From assembly GCA_965199855.1 (NCBI GenBank), contig OZ241326.1:960001-1024000 (forward strand): DNA of 64,000 nucleotides, written 5' to 3'. The position numbers were made by a program, and so were the translations under genes. Each line of letters starts with the position of its first letter. Within the stretch, counting starts at the first letter, position 1. The stretch is from a bacterium (GTDB taxonomy: Bacteria > UBA8248). Under the pieces are notes generated by a model. The model was not told the DNA's origin and did not search any database. It saw only the letters and a program-made list of their open reading frames with translations. Shown piece after piece: positions 10,756-19,628 of this stretch.

Positions 10756-12261
10756 ATGAGCAGACTCACGGCGGCGCTCGCCATGTGCGCCCTCGCGCCG
10801 CGCCCCGCCTTCGCGGGAATCGACGACGCGATCAACGCGGCCACCGCGCCCATAGCCTCCGCCGTCGGCGCGGTCGTGTTCTTCAAGGTTCCCCTCTTCG
10901 GCGCCCAGCTGCCCCTGGTCGTCCTCTGGCTGGTCGCGGGCGCGTTCTTCTTCACCTTCAAAATGGGCTTCGTGAACGTGCGCGGCTTCCGGCACGCCGT
11001 GCGGCTCACGCGCGGCGACTACGCGGACCCGGGCCACGCCGGCGAGGTCTCGCACTTCCAGGCGCTGGCCACGGCGGTTTCGGGCACCGTGGGCATCGGG
11101 AACATCGGCGGGGTGGCGGTGGCGGTTACGGTCGGCGGGCCGGGCGCGACCTTCTGGTTCATCCTGGCCGGCTTTCTGGGCATGTCCACCAAGTTCGTGG
11201 AGTGCGTCCTGGGCGTGAAATACCGCGGCGAGAACCCGGACGGCTCGGTCTCGGGCGGCCCCATGCACTACCTGCGCCGCGGCTTCTCCGAGCGCGGCAT
11301 GGCGGGCTTCGGCAGGTTCCTCGGCGCGTTCTACGCGGTCGGCATCCTCATCGGCGCGATGGGCATCGGCAACATGTTCCAGTCCAACCAGGCCTACGCG
11401 CAGATCAACAACGTGGCGGGCGGTGCGCTCGACGGGCTGGGCTGGCTCGTGGGCCTCGTCATGGCCGGCGTGGTGTTCCTAGTGATCGTGGGCGGCATCA
11501 GGTCCATCGCGGCGACGGCGGAGAAGCTCGTCCCGTTCATGGCGGCGCTCTACTGCTTCTTCGCGCTCGTCGTCATCGCCATGAACGGCGCGGCGGCCTT
11601 CGGGCAGGCGATCGGCAGCATCGTGAGCGGCGCGTTCACGGGCGAGGGCGTGGCGGGCGGCGCGCTCGGGGCGCTCATCATCGGCTTTCAGCGCGCCGTA
11701 TTCTCGAACGAGGCGGGCATCGGCTCGGCCTCCATCGCCCACGCCGCCGTGCGCACCAACGAGCCCGTCACCGAGGGGCTGGTCTCGCTGCTGGAGCCCT
11801 TCATCGACACCATCGTCATCTGCACGATCACCGCCCTCGTCCTCGCCACGACGGCCGCGGCGCATCCGGGCTACGCGGGCGGCGCCACGGGCATTGCCAT
11901 GGCCTCGGCCGCCTTCAAGCTCCAGCTTTCCTGGTTCCCGATTCCGCTCGCCTTCGCAGGGACGCTCTTCGCCTTCTCTACGATGATCGCCTGGTCCTAC
12001 TACGGCCTGAAGGGCTGGACGTATCTGTTCGGCGAGGGGCCGACGGGGCAGACCGTCTACAAGGTCGCGTTCTGCGTCTTCGTCGTCCTGGGCTGCACGG
12101 TGAGCCTGGGGCCCATTCTCGACATCTCGGACGCGCTGGTGTTCCTCATCTGCGTGCCGAACGTTCTGGGGCTCTACTTCCTCGCTCCCGCCGTGAAGCG
12201 GGAGCTGGACGGCTACATGGCGCGCCTCGCGAGCGGCGAAATCAAGAAGACGAGGAGCTAG
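10756..12261 (+). CDS. Alanine/glycine:cation symporter (AGCS family)
   Basis: FQALATAVSGTVGIGNIGGVA, GGPMHY, FSNEAGIGS, EPFIDT. Confidence 0.92.
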   Translation: MSRLTAALAMCALAPRPAFAGIDDAINAATAPIASAVGAVVFFKVPLFGAQLPLVVLWLVAGAFFFTFKMGFVNVRGFRHAVRLTRGDYADPGHAGEVSHFQALATAVSGTVGIGNIGGVAVAVTVGGPGATFWFILAGFLGMSTKFVECVLGVKYRGENPDGSVSGGPMHYLRRGFSERGMAGFGRFLGAFYAVGILIGAMGIGNMFQSNQAYAQINNVAGGALDGLGWLVGLVMAGVVFLVIVGGIRSIAATAEKLVPFMAALYCFFALVVIAMNGAAAFGQAIGSIVSGAFTGEGVAGGALGALIIGFQRAVFSNEAGIGSASIAHAAVRTNEPVTEGLVSLLEPFIDTIVICTITALVLATTAAAHPGYAGGATGIAMASAAFKLQLSWFPIPLAFAGTLFAFSTMIAWSYYGLKGWTYLFGEGPTGQTVYKVAFCVFVVLGCTVSLGPILDISDALVFLICVPNVLGLYFLAPAVKRELDGYMARLASGEIKKTRS

Positions 12262-12351
12262 AAGCGGAGAGGGGCGCCATCGGAGTTTTCACGCGAGCGG
12301 CGGGGCTCCGCGGAGGACGAGACGCCGCGGGGAGTCCGCGCGCCTTCCCGC

Positions 12352-14160
12352 TCAGCGAATCGCCCGCCGGACGGAGGTCATGGCCCCGAAGGGGTCCGGC
12401 CTCCGGAGCCGCTCTCGGGCGTCCGCGTCTCCCTTGAGGTGCCAGTCGAACCACGCCCGCGCGTACCAGTCGCGGATCACGTGGGGCAGATACGCCTCGC
12501 CCGCGCTGGGGACTTCCGCCCAGCCGAGCTGTACGTAGCGCTCCCCGCCGCCTCCCGGCGGAGCGAAGGCGCGCGCGCCCGTGGGCTTGCGCGTCCGCTC
12601 CGGGGTCTGGCCGAAGGGCAGCGCCCCGCGCCGGAACGCCGGCCAGGGGAAGAGGCGCGCGAAGTCCTCCACGAGCGTGCCATGGTCGGTGTCGCGCGCG
12701 ATCACCAGCAGGCGGTCGGAGACCGCTCGCCGCCACCCGCTGAGCGCGACCGGCTGCGGGTTCCTCGCGCGATCGGGCGCGGCGCGCTCGGAGGCGAGCG
12801 GAAAGGCCGCGGCGGGGTCGCCCCCGGCCGCCGCCACCGCCGATTGGAACAGGCCGATGAAGATGCTCTGCACGAAGGCGTCCTCGTCGCCGATCATGAT
12901 CAACAGGGGCTTGCGGTTGCCGACGGGCAGCGTCTCGCCGCCCTCTTTCGTCTCGCCCGCGCCGAACATCTCCTCCGGCGTCCAGCTGAAGGGCGGGGCG
13001 TTGTTGAAGCCGAGCGCCGCGGCCGCGCCCGGCAGGTGGTTCGCCGCGAGCTGCGCCGTCATGGAGCCCAGCGAATGGCCGGCCAGTCCCACGCGCGCGC
13101 CGTCAATGCGCCCCGCCAGCAGGCCGCACAGACCGCGCGCCGCGCTGGTCGCGCCCATGGCGGCGAGCGCGGGGCGGCAGGTCTCCTTCTTCTCGCCGAG
13201 CAGCCGCGCGGTTCGCAGCGTCAGCCTCACGTCGTCCACGCGCCGGCGAAAAAGGTTGCGCATCATCGCCATGGCGCGCTCCACCCCGCCGGGGACGAGC
13301 TTCTCCTTCGGCGGGTCGAAGCCGGCGGGCGGCGCGAACCCCCGTCCCTCGCGCCCGAACGCGAGGCGGTAGAAATAGGGGACGACCTTGGCCTCGCCGA
13401 GCATCAGCGCGTAGGCGCGCTTCACCTCCTCGGGCGAGGCGCGCCTGGCGAAGGGCGAATCCGGGTCGTGGAACGCGAGCGCCAGGCCGCCGTCCGAGAC
13501 GAAGGTGGGCGCCGCCACCACGTAGCCGCGCGAGGCGAGAAACTCGGCGAAGGAGCTCCACATGCCGTGGCTTCCGCCGAGGCCGTGGGCGAGAACCACG
13601 AGGGGAAACCTCCCCTCGGCGGGCCGGGCGCCGATCCACGCTCCGAGCGGGGCGTCGAGGGTGCGCCGGCGAATCTCGCGGAGGGCGTCCCCGCGCGCCG
13701 CCCCCTTCGCTTCGGCGAGGGTTCCGCCGCCGCGAAGGCGGACGTGCCGCGGCGGCGGCCGGGGCGCCGCGGCGATTCGCTCCGCCAGGGAGCGATCCCG
13801 AAAGTAGAGGTCGAAGAACGTAGCTCGCCGCCCGCTCGCTGCGGGGCGGGGGGAGCGCGGCCCGGCGAGGCGCCCGCGCGCGGGGTCCGGCGCCGCCGGA
13901 TACCACAGCTGGAACGGCGCCGTCCGGGTCTGGCCCGCCGCCTCCACCCGGCGCAGGAGGGCGCGGTATTCGGGGCGGCCGTAGGCGGCGTTCCAGGGGT
14001 CGAAGCGCTGATGCCTGTCCACGGCGAAGCCGGTGAGCGTCCCCACGGCGTAGTCGCCGTAAGCCGCCCCCGAGGGCAGGGCGCGCAGCTGCGCCGCCGC
14101 GCCGCCGGGGTTCGCGATAGCGAGGACGAAGGCGAGCGGCAGCGCCGCCAGGAATTTCAT
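12352..14160 (-). CDS. Secreted alpha/beta hydrolase (PAF-acetylhydrolase-like)
   Basis: Signal peptide; FPLVVLAHGLGG, LASRGYVVAAP, nucleophile GHSLG. Confidence 0.75.
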   Translation of the reverse strand: MKFLAALPLAFVLAIANPGGAAAQLRALPSGAAYGDYAVGTLTGFAVDRHQRFDPWNAAYGRPEYRALLRRVEAAGQTRTAPFQLWYPAAPDPARGRLAGPRSPRPAASGRRATFFDLYFRDRSLAERIAAAPRPPPRHVRLRGGGTLAEAKGAARGDALREIRRRTLDAPLGAWIGARPAEGRFPLVVLAHGLGGSHGMWSSFAEFLASRGYVVAAPTFVSDGGLALAFHDPDSPFARRASPEEVKRAYALMLGEAKVVPYFYRLAFGREGRGFAPPAGFDPPKEKLVPGGVERAMAMMRNLFRRRVDDVRLTLRTARLLGEKKETCRPALAAMGATSAARGLCGLLAGRIDGARVGLAGHSLGSMTAQLAANHLPGAAAALGFNNAPPFSWTPEEMFGAGETKEGGETLPVGNRKPLLIMIGDEDAFVQSIFIGLFQSAVAAAGGDPAAAFPLASERAAPDRARNPQPVALSGWRRAVSDRLLVIARDTDHGTLVEDFARLFPWPAFRRGALPFGQTPERTRKPTGARAFAPPGGGGERYVQLGWAEVPSAGEAYLPHVIRDWYARAWFDWHLKGDADARERLRRPDPFGAMTSVRRAIR

Positions 14161-14239
14161 GCTTTTCTCCCGTTCCCTGAAAGCGCGGCGGCGAGAAGGG
14201 CGAAGTCCCGCGGAAGCCGAAGCCTCGCCCGCCTCGTCT

Positions 14240-14740
14240 TTACGGCTTTTTCCAGGAGCAGGTGGATTTGGAGACGAGCCATTTGTCCGGCAGGTAGTCC
14301 GTCCGGTAGGGGCACTCTCCGCTCATCCCGGCGTATTTTCCGGTGCCGCCCATGATGCGCTGGACGCCCCGCCCGCCGCCGCCGACCTGGATGTCGCCCG
14401 CGCTCCTCTCCGCCAGCAGATAGAGCTTGTCGCCCGCCGAGTCGGTGAACGCGCAGGGCGCCTGAAGCTGGACGCCCTTCTTCGTTTTCTTCACATAGAC
14501 GAGGCACGCCGCGCCGAAGTTCGCCCCCGCCGGGAAGGGGCCGCCGCTGCTCCTGACGATGGTGGCCGTTCCGCGCAGGGGACCTACGGTGACGTCGGCG
14601 TCCGCGTGCTTCATGGTCGAGTAGTCGTGGACGGCGCTCTCATAGAACTCGAAGCTGCCGCTCTCGGCGGCTAGGGCTGCGCCTGCCGAGAAGGCGAGGC
14701 CCGCCAGGGCGGCCGCCGCTGCGCCGAAGAATCTCCTCAT
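14240..14740 (-). CDS. Secreted hypothetical beta-rich protein
   Basis: RBS AGGAGG, signal peptide MRRFFGAAAAALAG, GGTGKYAG motif, four Cys. Confidence 0.7.
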   Translation of the reverse strand: MRRFFGAAAAALAGLAFSAGAALAAESGSFEFYESAVHDYSTMKHADADVTVGPLRGTATIVRSSGGPFPAGANFGAACLVYVKKTKKGVQLQAPCAFTDSAGDKLYLLAERSAGDIQVGGGGRGVQRIMGGTGKYAGMSGECPYRTDYLPDKWLVSKSTCSWKKP

Positions 14741-14877
14741 GTTCGCTCCTCCTTTTTCGTCCCTTATGAGCTTCCCGAAAGCCGGGAGGCGGCGCGCCAA
14801 GTGTAGGACGCCGCGCCGTCCGCCTTCAACCGCGCGGGAGAGGCGGGCGCGACCGGCGGGGAGGCTTGGCGTTATCC

Positions 14878-15006
14878 AAAAAATACACCCCCGGAGAGGC
14901 CGGAGGCGTCGCGAGGGTGAGATCGTTTCCCCGTGCCGCGGGGAATTGCCTGCGAAGATTTTCTCCTTGTTGAGAAAAGCGGGGCAGGCATCGATCAGCT
15001 AAAACT
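14878..15006 (-). ncRNA. tracrRNA
   Basis: Anti-repeat 14969-15005 (GUUUUAGCUGAUCGAUGCCUGCCCCGCUUUUCUCAAC) complementary to the crRNA repeat, followed by AAGG/nexus-like stem, hairpin 14927-14945, a terminal hairpin and a U6 tract at 14878-14883. Confidence 0.88.
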
Positions 15007-15012
15007 GATATA

Positions 15013-15041
15013 TTCGTAGGGCATCCCGCGGATTTTGTCAA
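15013..15041 (-). promoter_or_regulatory. Putative tracrRNA promoter
   Basis: Perfect -35 TTGACA (15036-15041), 17 bp, weak -10 TACGAA; predicts a start at ~15006, the anti-repeat 5' end. Confidence 0.5.
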
Positions 15042-15055
15042 GGGGGGATTTGGAC

Positions 15056-18013
15056 ATGCCGCCTCTCACGCTGGGACTCGACCTGGGCCCCAACTCCATC
15101 GGCTGGACGCTCATCGAAGAGAACGAAGCGGGCGACCCCGCGCGCCTGAAGGCCATGGGCGTCCGCGCGTTTCAGGAGATGGTGGACAGGAAGACCAAGA
15201 CGCCGAAGAACCACAAGAGGCGGGACGCGCGGCAGGCGCGCCGCCAGCGCGGAAGGCGAAAGATGCGGCGCGAGACCCTCCGGCGCCAGCTCGTTCGGGC
15301 CGGGCTTCTGCCCGAGGACGCCGGGGCGCTGCGCGGGCTGTTTCACGAGGCCGACCCCTACGAAGTCAGGAAGCGCGGCCTCGACGAGGAGCTGACGCCG
15401 CGCGAGCTGGGCCGCGCCATCTTCCACCTGAACCAGAGGCGGGGGTTTCTGAGCAACCGCAAGGTGCGCGACTCGGGCGAGAAGAAAAAGGAGGACGGCG
15501 TCGCCCTCAAGGAAATCGGGGAGCTGAAAAAGGAAATCAAGGAAGCCGGAAGCCGCACGCTGGGCGAGTTTCTGGCGGGCAAGCCCAAGAAGAGGAGCCG
15601 CCGCACGGAGCGGAGAATGTATGAGGAGGAGTTCGACGTCCTCTGGCGGAAGCAGGCGGAGTTTCACCCCGACTTGCTCACCGACGCCCTTCGCGCCCGC
15701 CTCCGCAAGACCCTGTTCTTCCAGCGGCCCCTGAAGGTTCAGAAGTTTCTCGTCGGGAGATGCACCTTCGAGCCGCACAGGAAGCGATGCCCCTGGCGCC
15801 GGCCGGAGGCGCAATGGTTCCGCGCGCTTCAGGACGTGAACCATCTCGAGATCAAGGACCCGAAAACGCGCCTGTACCGCCCTCTCCGGGAGGAGGAGAG
15901 AGAGGCGATCAAGGGACTGCTCCGGGAGCGGAAAACGCTTTGCTGGAAGAGCATCCGCAGGGCGCTGGGTCTCCACGAGGGCGAGACCTTCAACATCGAG
16001 GACGGCGGCAAGAAGAACCTCATCGGCGCGCGCACGCTCATCGCCGTCCGCAAAATCCTCACGAAGGAGACGTGGGAGGCCATGCCCGAAGCCGACCGCG
16101 CCGCCTTCTTCGAGGACCTGTTCAGCATCGACAAGGAAGAGCTCCTCCTGAAGCGGCTGGAGCGGCGCTGGAATCTCTCGCGCGAGCAGGCGAACGCGCT
16201 GCTGAACACGGAGTTTCAGCCGGGCTACGCCAGCCTCTCTCTGCGCGCGATTCGCAGAATCACGCCGCACCTGGAGCGGGGGCTGAACTATCACGACGCG
16301 TATCAGGAGGAGGGCTATCAGCGCGAGGATCAGAAGAAAGTCGAGGCGGGCGACGCGCTCGCTCCCGCCCCGGCTCTCAGGAATCCCATCGTCCAGAAGG
16401 CGATCAACGAGACGCGCAGGGTGGTGAACGCGATCATCCGGGAATACGGAAAGCCGGACATCATCCGCGTGGAGCTCGCCCGCGACATGAAGCTCAGCCA
16501 GAAGCGCAAGAAGGCGCTCGACCTCCAGAACAGAAAGAACAGGGACATGAACGACGAGGCGCGCAAGCTGATGGCGGAGCTCGGAGTGTTCGACAACGGG
16601 GGCAACCGGCTCAGATACCGCCTGTGGAAGGAGCAGAAGTGCAAGTGCCCCTACACGGGCAGGAGCATCGGGGGGCGCGATATTTTCAGCCCCGAGTTCG
16701 AGATCGATCACATCCTCCCCTACAGCCGGACGCTGGACGACTCCTACATGAACAGAACCCTCTCCCTGGCCTCCGCCAACCGGGCGAAGGGAAACAATAC
16801 CCCCCGGGAGTGGAAGGAGGGCGGCGAGGGGTTCGCCGACATGCTCCAGCGCGTCTCCGCCATGAAGGAGATGCCCTTCTCCAAGAGGCGGCGCTTCGAG
16901 CAGAAGGAGATCGACACGGACGGCTTCATCGACCGCCAGCTCAACGACGCCCGCTACATCAGCCGCGAGGTGAGCCGGTATCTCCAGGCGCTCGGCGCGG
17001 AGGTTCAGGTGACGACGGGGCAGGCCACCGCCGCCCTGCGCCGCTCCTGGCGCCTCGACGGAATTCTCGCCATCGACTCCGACTTGGAGAAAAACCGCGC
17101 CGACCATCGCCACCACGCCATCGACGCGCTGGTCATCGCCCTCACGAGCCGCAAGCTGTTTCTCGCCATCGCGCGCCTCTCCGCCGAGCGGCGCGAGGTT
17201 CTGGGAAAGAAGCGCTTTCCGCTTCCGCCGCCCTGGCCCGGTTTCATGGACGAGGCGCGGGAGAAGGTGGGCGGCATCGTCGTCTCCCACCAGCCGCTCG
17301 GGAAGATCACCGGCGCCTTCCACGAGGAGACCGCCTACGGGCGCATCGAGCATGAGGGGCGCGAGGCTTTCGTCCGCCGGGTTCCGCTGGAGTCGCTCAC
17401 GGCGAAGCAGGTGGAGAAAATCGTGGACGCCCGCGTCCGGGAGCTGGTGAGCGATCGCATGGCCGCCCACGACAACAAGGCCAGGGACGCCTTCGCCAAC
17501 AAGCCCCTGTGGCTGGAGCATTCCCGCAAGCGGACGGGAAGAACGCGAATCAGGACGGTTCGCGTCGCCGAGAATCTCAACCCGGACGGCCTGTTCGGGG
17601 TGAAGCGGCAGGGCGAGGAGACGCCCTTCAAGTATTACGCATACGGGAACAACCACCACGTCGAGATCATCGAGAACGAGAAGACGGGCAGGCGAAAGGG
17701 CGTCGTCGTCACGGCGATGGAGGCCGCCCGGCGCGCCCGCCGGGAAGGAGTCCCTATCGTCCGGCGCAACCATGGCCCGGAATGGCGCTTCGTCATGTCG
17801 CTTTCCATCAACGATATGGTGAGGCTCGACAAGCCCGTGAACGGCTGCGATCTGTATCGGGTTCAAAAACTGTCAGCAACAGGGCAGATGCAAATGATGT
17901 TGCGGGCGCATACGGCCGCTACCCTGGATGACAATGCAACATGTGTAAGGCTAAACCCCAACACGCTCAGGGGACGAAAGATCTCCGTCGATCCTTTGGG
18001 GAACATAATCTGA
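15056..18013 (+). CDS. cas9: Type II-C CRISPR endonuclease Cas9, 985 aa
   Basis: RuvC-I LGLDLGPNSIGW, Arg-rich bridge helix, RuvC-II IRVELARD, HNH EIDHILPYSRTLDDSYMN...NRAKGN, RuvC-III HRHHAIDA, C-terminal VDPLG; catalytic residues intact. Confidence 0.97.
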   Translation: MPPLTLGLDLGPNSIGWTLIEENEAGDPARLKAMGVRAFQEMVDRKTKTPKNHKRRDARQARRQRGRRKMRRETLRRQLVRAGLLPEDAGALRGLFHEADPYEVRKRGLDEELTPRELGRAIFHLNQRRGFLSNRKVRDSGEKKKEDGVALKEIGELKKEIKEAGSRTLGEFLAGKPKKRSRRTERRMYEEEFDVLWRKQAEFHPDLLTDALRARLRKTLFFQRPLKVQKFLVGRCTFEPHRKRCPWRRPEAQWFRALQDVNHLEIKDPKTRLYRPLREEEREAIKGLLRERKTLCWKSIRRALGLHEGETFNIEDGGKKNLIGARTLIAVRKILTKETWEAMPEADRAAFFEDLFSIDKEELLLKRLERRWNLSREQANALLNTEFQPGYASLSLRAIRRITPHLERGLNYHDAYQEEGYQREDQKKVEAGDALAPAPALRNPIVQKAINETRRVVNAIIREYGKPDIIRVELARDMKLSQKRKKALDLQNRKNRDMNDEARKLMAELGVFDNGGNRLRYRLWKEQKCKCPYTGRSIGGRDIFSPEFEIDHILPYSRTLDDSYMNRTLSLASANRAKGNNTPREWKEGGEGFADMLQRVSAMKEMPFSKRRRFEQKEIDTDGFIDRQLNDARYISREVSRYLQALGAEVQVTTGQATAALRRSWRLDGILAIDSDLEKNRADHRHHAIDALVIALTSRKLFLAIARLSAERREVLGKKRFPLPPPWPGFMDEAREKVGGIVVSHQPLGKITGAFHEETAYGRIEHEGREAFVRRVPLESLTAKQVEKIVDARVRELVSDRMAAHDNKARDAFANKPLWLEHSRKRTGRTRIRTVRVAENLNPDGLFGVKRQGEETPFKYYAYGNNHHVEIIENEKTGRRKGVVVTAMEAARRARREGVPIVRRNHGPEWRFVMSLSINDMVRLDKPVNGCDLYRVQKLSATGQMQMMLRAHTAATLDDNATCVRLNPNTLRGRKISVDPLGNII

Positions 18014-18030
18014 AGCCCAGGAGACCGCCC

Positions 18031-18924
18031 ATGATCAAAAGAATCGTAGAGATCGGTAGTCCCGCCCGTCTCTCGCTCAGCAAGAAGCAGCTGAAGGTCG
18101 AGCGGGAGGAGTTCGCCGCCGAGTCGCTCCCCGTGGAGGATCTGGGGGTTCTGATTCTCGACCACCCCGCCATCCGTCCCTCACAGGGGCTGCTATCCGA
18201 GTGCATGAAGAACAACGTGGCCGTCGTCATGTGCGACGAGAAGCACCTGCCCGCCTCCGTCCTGCTTCCCCTGGACGGCCACACCCTGCACAGCAAAATC
18301 GTCAGGGAGCAGGCCGCCGCCACCCCCGGCAGAATGGGCCGCATCTGGCGGGCGATTGTCCGCGCGAAGATTCTCGCCCAGGCGGACGCCCTGGACGCCT
18401 TTGACGAATACGGCGGCCCGCTTCGCGCCATCGCCGGGCGCGCCGGACGGGAGAACCCCGCCCACGCCGAGGCGCGCGCCGCGCGGATGTATTGGCCCAG
18501 AATGTTCGGCGAGGACTTCAGGCGCAACCGCGCCCTTCCCGGCGTGAACCGCCTGCTGAACTACGGCTACTCGCTCGTGCGCGCGGCGACGGCGCGGGCG
18601 GTCGTCGCCGCGGGGCTTCACCCCGCCTTCGGTCTCCACCACCACAACCAGTACGACGGCTTCTGCCTCGCCGACGACCTGATGGAGCCTCTGCGCCCGA
18701 TGGTGGACCGCAGGGTGCGCCTCATGCGCGACGCGCCGGACTTCTGGGGGGAGGAGCCGAAGCTCGGCAGGGAGGAGAAGCGCGAGCTGCTGGGCGCGCT
18801 GGCGGGCGAGGCGCGGCTCGGCGGCAGGACCTACCCCCTTCTCACCGCCCTGCAATACTACGCCGCCGGCGTTCGCCGCGTCCTCTGCGGAGAGGAGAAG
18901 GAGACGGACATCCCCCGGCCATGA
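18031..18924 (+). CDS. cas1: Type II CRISPR-associated Cas1
   Basis: PVEDLG, CDEKHLP, EARAARMYW, NRLLNYGY, GLHH, LADDLMEP; follows cas9. Confidence 0.96.
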   Translation: MIKRIVEIGSPARLSLSKKQLKVEREEFAAESLPVEDLGVLILDHPAIRPSQGLLSECMKNNVAVVMCDEKHLPASVLLPLDGHTLHSKIVREQAAATPGRMGRIWRAIVRAKILAQADALDAFDEYGGPLRAIAGRAGRENPAHAEARAARMYWPRMFGEDFRRNRALPGVNRLLNYGYSLVRAATARAVVAAGLHPAFGLHHHNQYDGFCLADDLMEPLRPMVDRRVRLMRDAPDFWGEEPKLGREEKRELLGALAGEARLGGRTYPLLTALQYYAAGVRRVLCGEEKETDIPRP

Positions 18925-19250
18925 CCTTCGGGGGGCTGCGCTCCATGTGGCTCATGGTGATGTTCGACCTGCCGACCGACACGAAGGCGGCGCGCAAGGC
19001 GTATCAGGCGTTTCGGGGCGCGCTGCTGGAGGACGGCTTCACCATGCTCCAGTATTCGGTCTATGCCCGCCACTGCCCGAGCAGCGAGAACGCCGGGGCG
19101 CACGAGAGGCGGGTGAACGCCGCCCTGCCCCCCGACGGGGAGGTGCGGCTCCTTCTTTTCACCGACGCGCAGTTCTCGCGCATGAAAATTTTTCACGGAA
19201 AGGTTCGGGGGGCGACGGAGAAGGCTCCCGATCAGGTCTCGCTGTTCTGA
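18921..19250 (+). CDS. cas2: CRISPR-associated Cas2
   Basis: MWLMVMFDLPT, FRxxLLEDGFTMLQYSVYAR; ATGA overlap with cas1; no csn2 or cas4 follows, hence II-C. Confidence 0.96.
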   Translation: MTFGGLRSMWLMVMFDLPTDTKAARKAYQAFRGALLEDGFTMLQYSVYARHCPSSENAGAHERRVNAALPPDGEVRLLLFTDAQFSRMKIFHGKVRGATEKAPDQVSLF

Positions 19251-19280
19251 CCCGCTTCGGGAGCCTGAACCCCAACCGGT

Positions 19281-19340
19281 GCTGATCGATGCCTGGCGCA
19301 ATTCACAACTACAAGAAGTGACTGGTTTATTGCGTTTCCC
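19281..19340 (-). ncRNA. Solitary degenerate repeat plus spacer-like sequence; putative regulatory crRNA-like guide (scaRNA/CreA-like)
   Basis: 19281-19309 = GCTGATCGATGCCTGGCGCAATTCACAAC (array repeat minus ATTATA, 1 deletion, 1 substitution); the adjacent 19310-19322 is the exact reverse complement of 19636-19648. Confidence 0.75.
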
Positions 19341-19396
19341 AGCTTCTTGCCCTACTATCAAATGACCCGTGGCGCGGGGAGAAGCCTATGTGCTGA

Positions 19397-19507
19397 CTAG
19401 CGGGATTTTGGCTTCGACCGCTTATGCGGCTTTACTGGTACCGTTTTGGGACCAGGCTTGTTGCCAGGACGAACTTGCCGCACTTTCTTCTGGCAATTAT
19501 TAGCCAT
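19397..19507 (-). CDS. 36-aa basic Lys/Arg/Pro-rich peptide MANNCQKKVRQVRPGNKPGPKTVPVKPHKRSKPKSR (putative Cas9-repressed effector or toxin)
   Basis: Strong RBS AAGGAGG just upstream of ATG; downstream of a canonical sigma70 promoter; function inferred only from context. Confidence 0.65.
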   Translation of the reverse strand: MANNCQKKVRQVRPGNKPGPKTVPVKPHKRSKPKSR

Positions 19508-19628
19508 AGCTCCCTCCTTTCTCCTCTGGTCATCACCCAGAGGTGGAAAAGTCAGGGCGAACGAGCGGATTTCCCCGCGCCACGGGGAACTCAAGTAGAT
19601 TTCATCTCTAACGCCCACCGCGTATATG

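Noticed and set aside
15038-17866. Long antisense ORFs (also 57964-61512, 29357-31732, 37950-40763 and others)
   Set aside because: Shadow frames of real high-GC3 genes, with no recognisable motifs.
19281-19385. Solo repeat read as a plus-strand tracrRNA
   Set aside because: A better tracrRNA, with bulged anti-repeat, nexus, U-tract and promoter, exists at 14878-15006. The solo repeat has no U-tract terminator, and its flank matches a promoter exactly at the seed position. Disfavoured, but not excluded without RNA data.
19397-19618. 73-aa version of the small ORF
   Set aside because: The GTG start is only ~4 nt from the predicted TSS and has no SD, whereas the ATG at 19507 has AAGGAGG.
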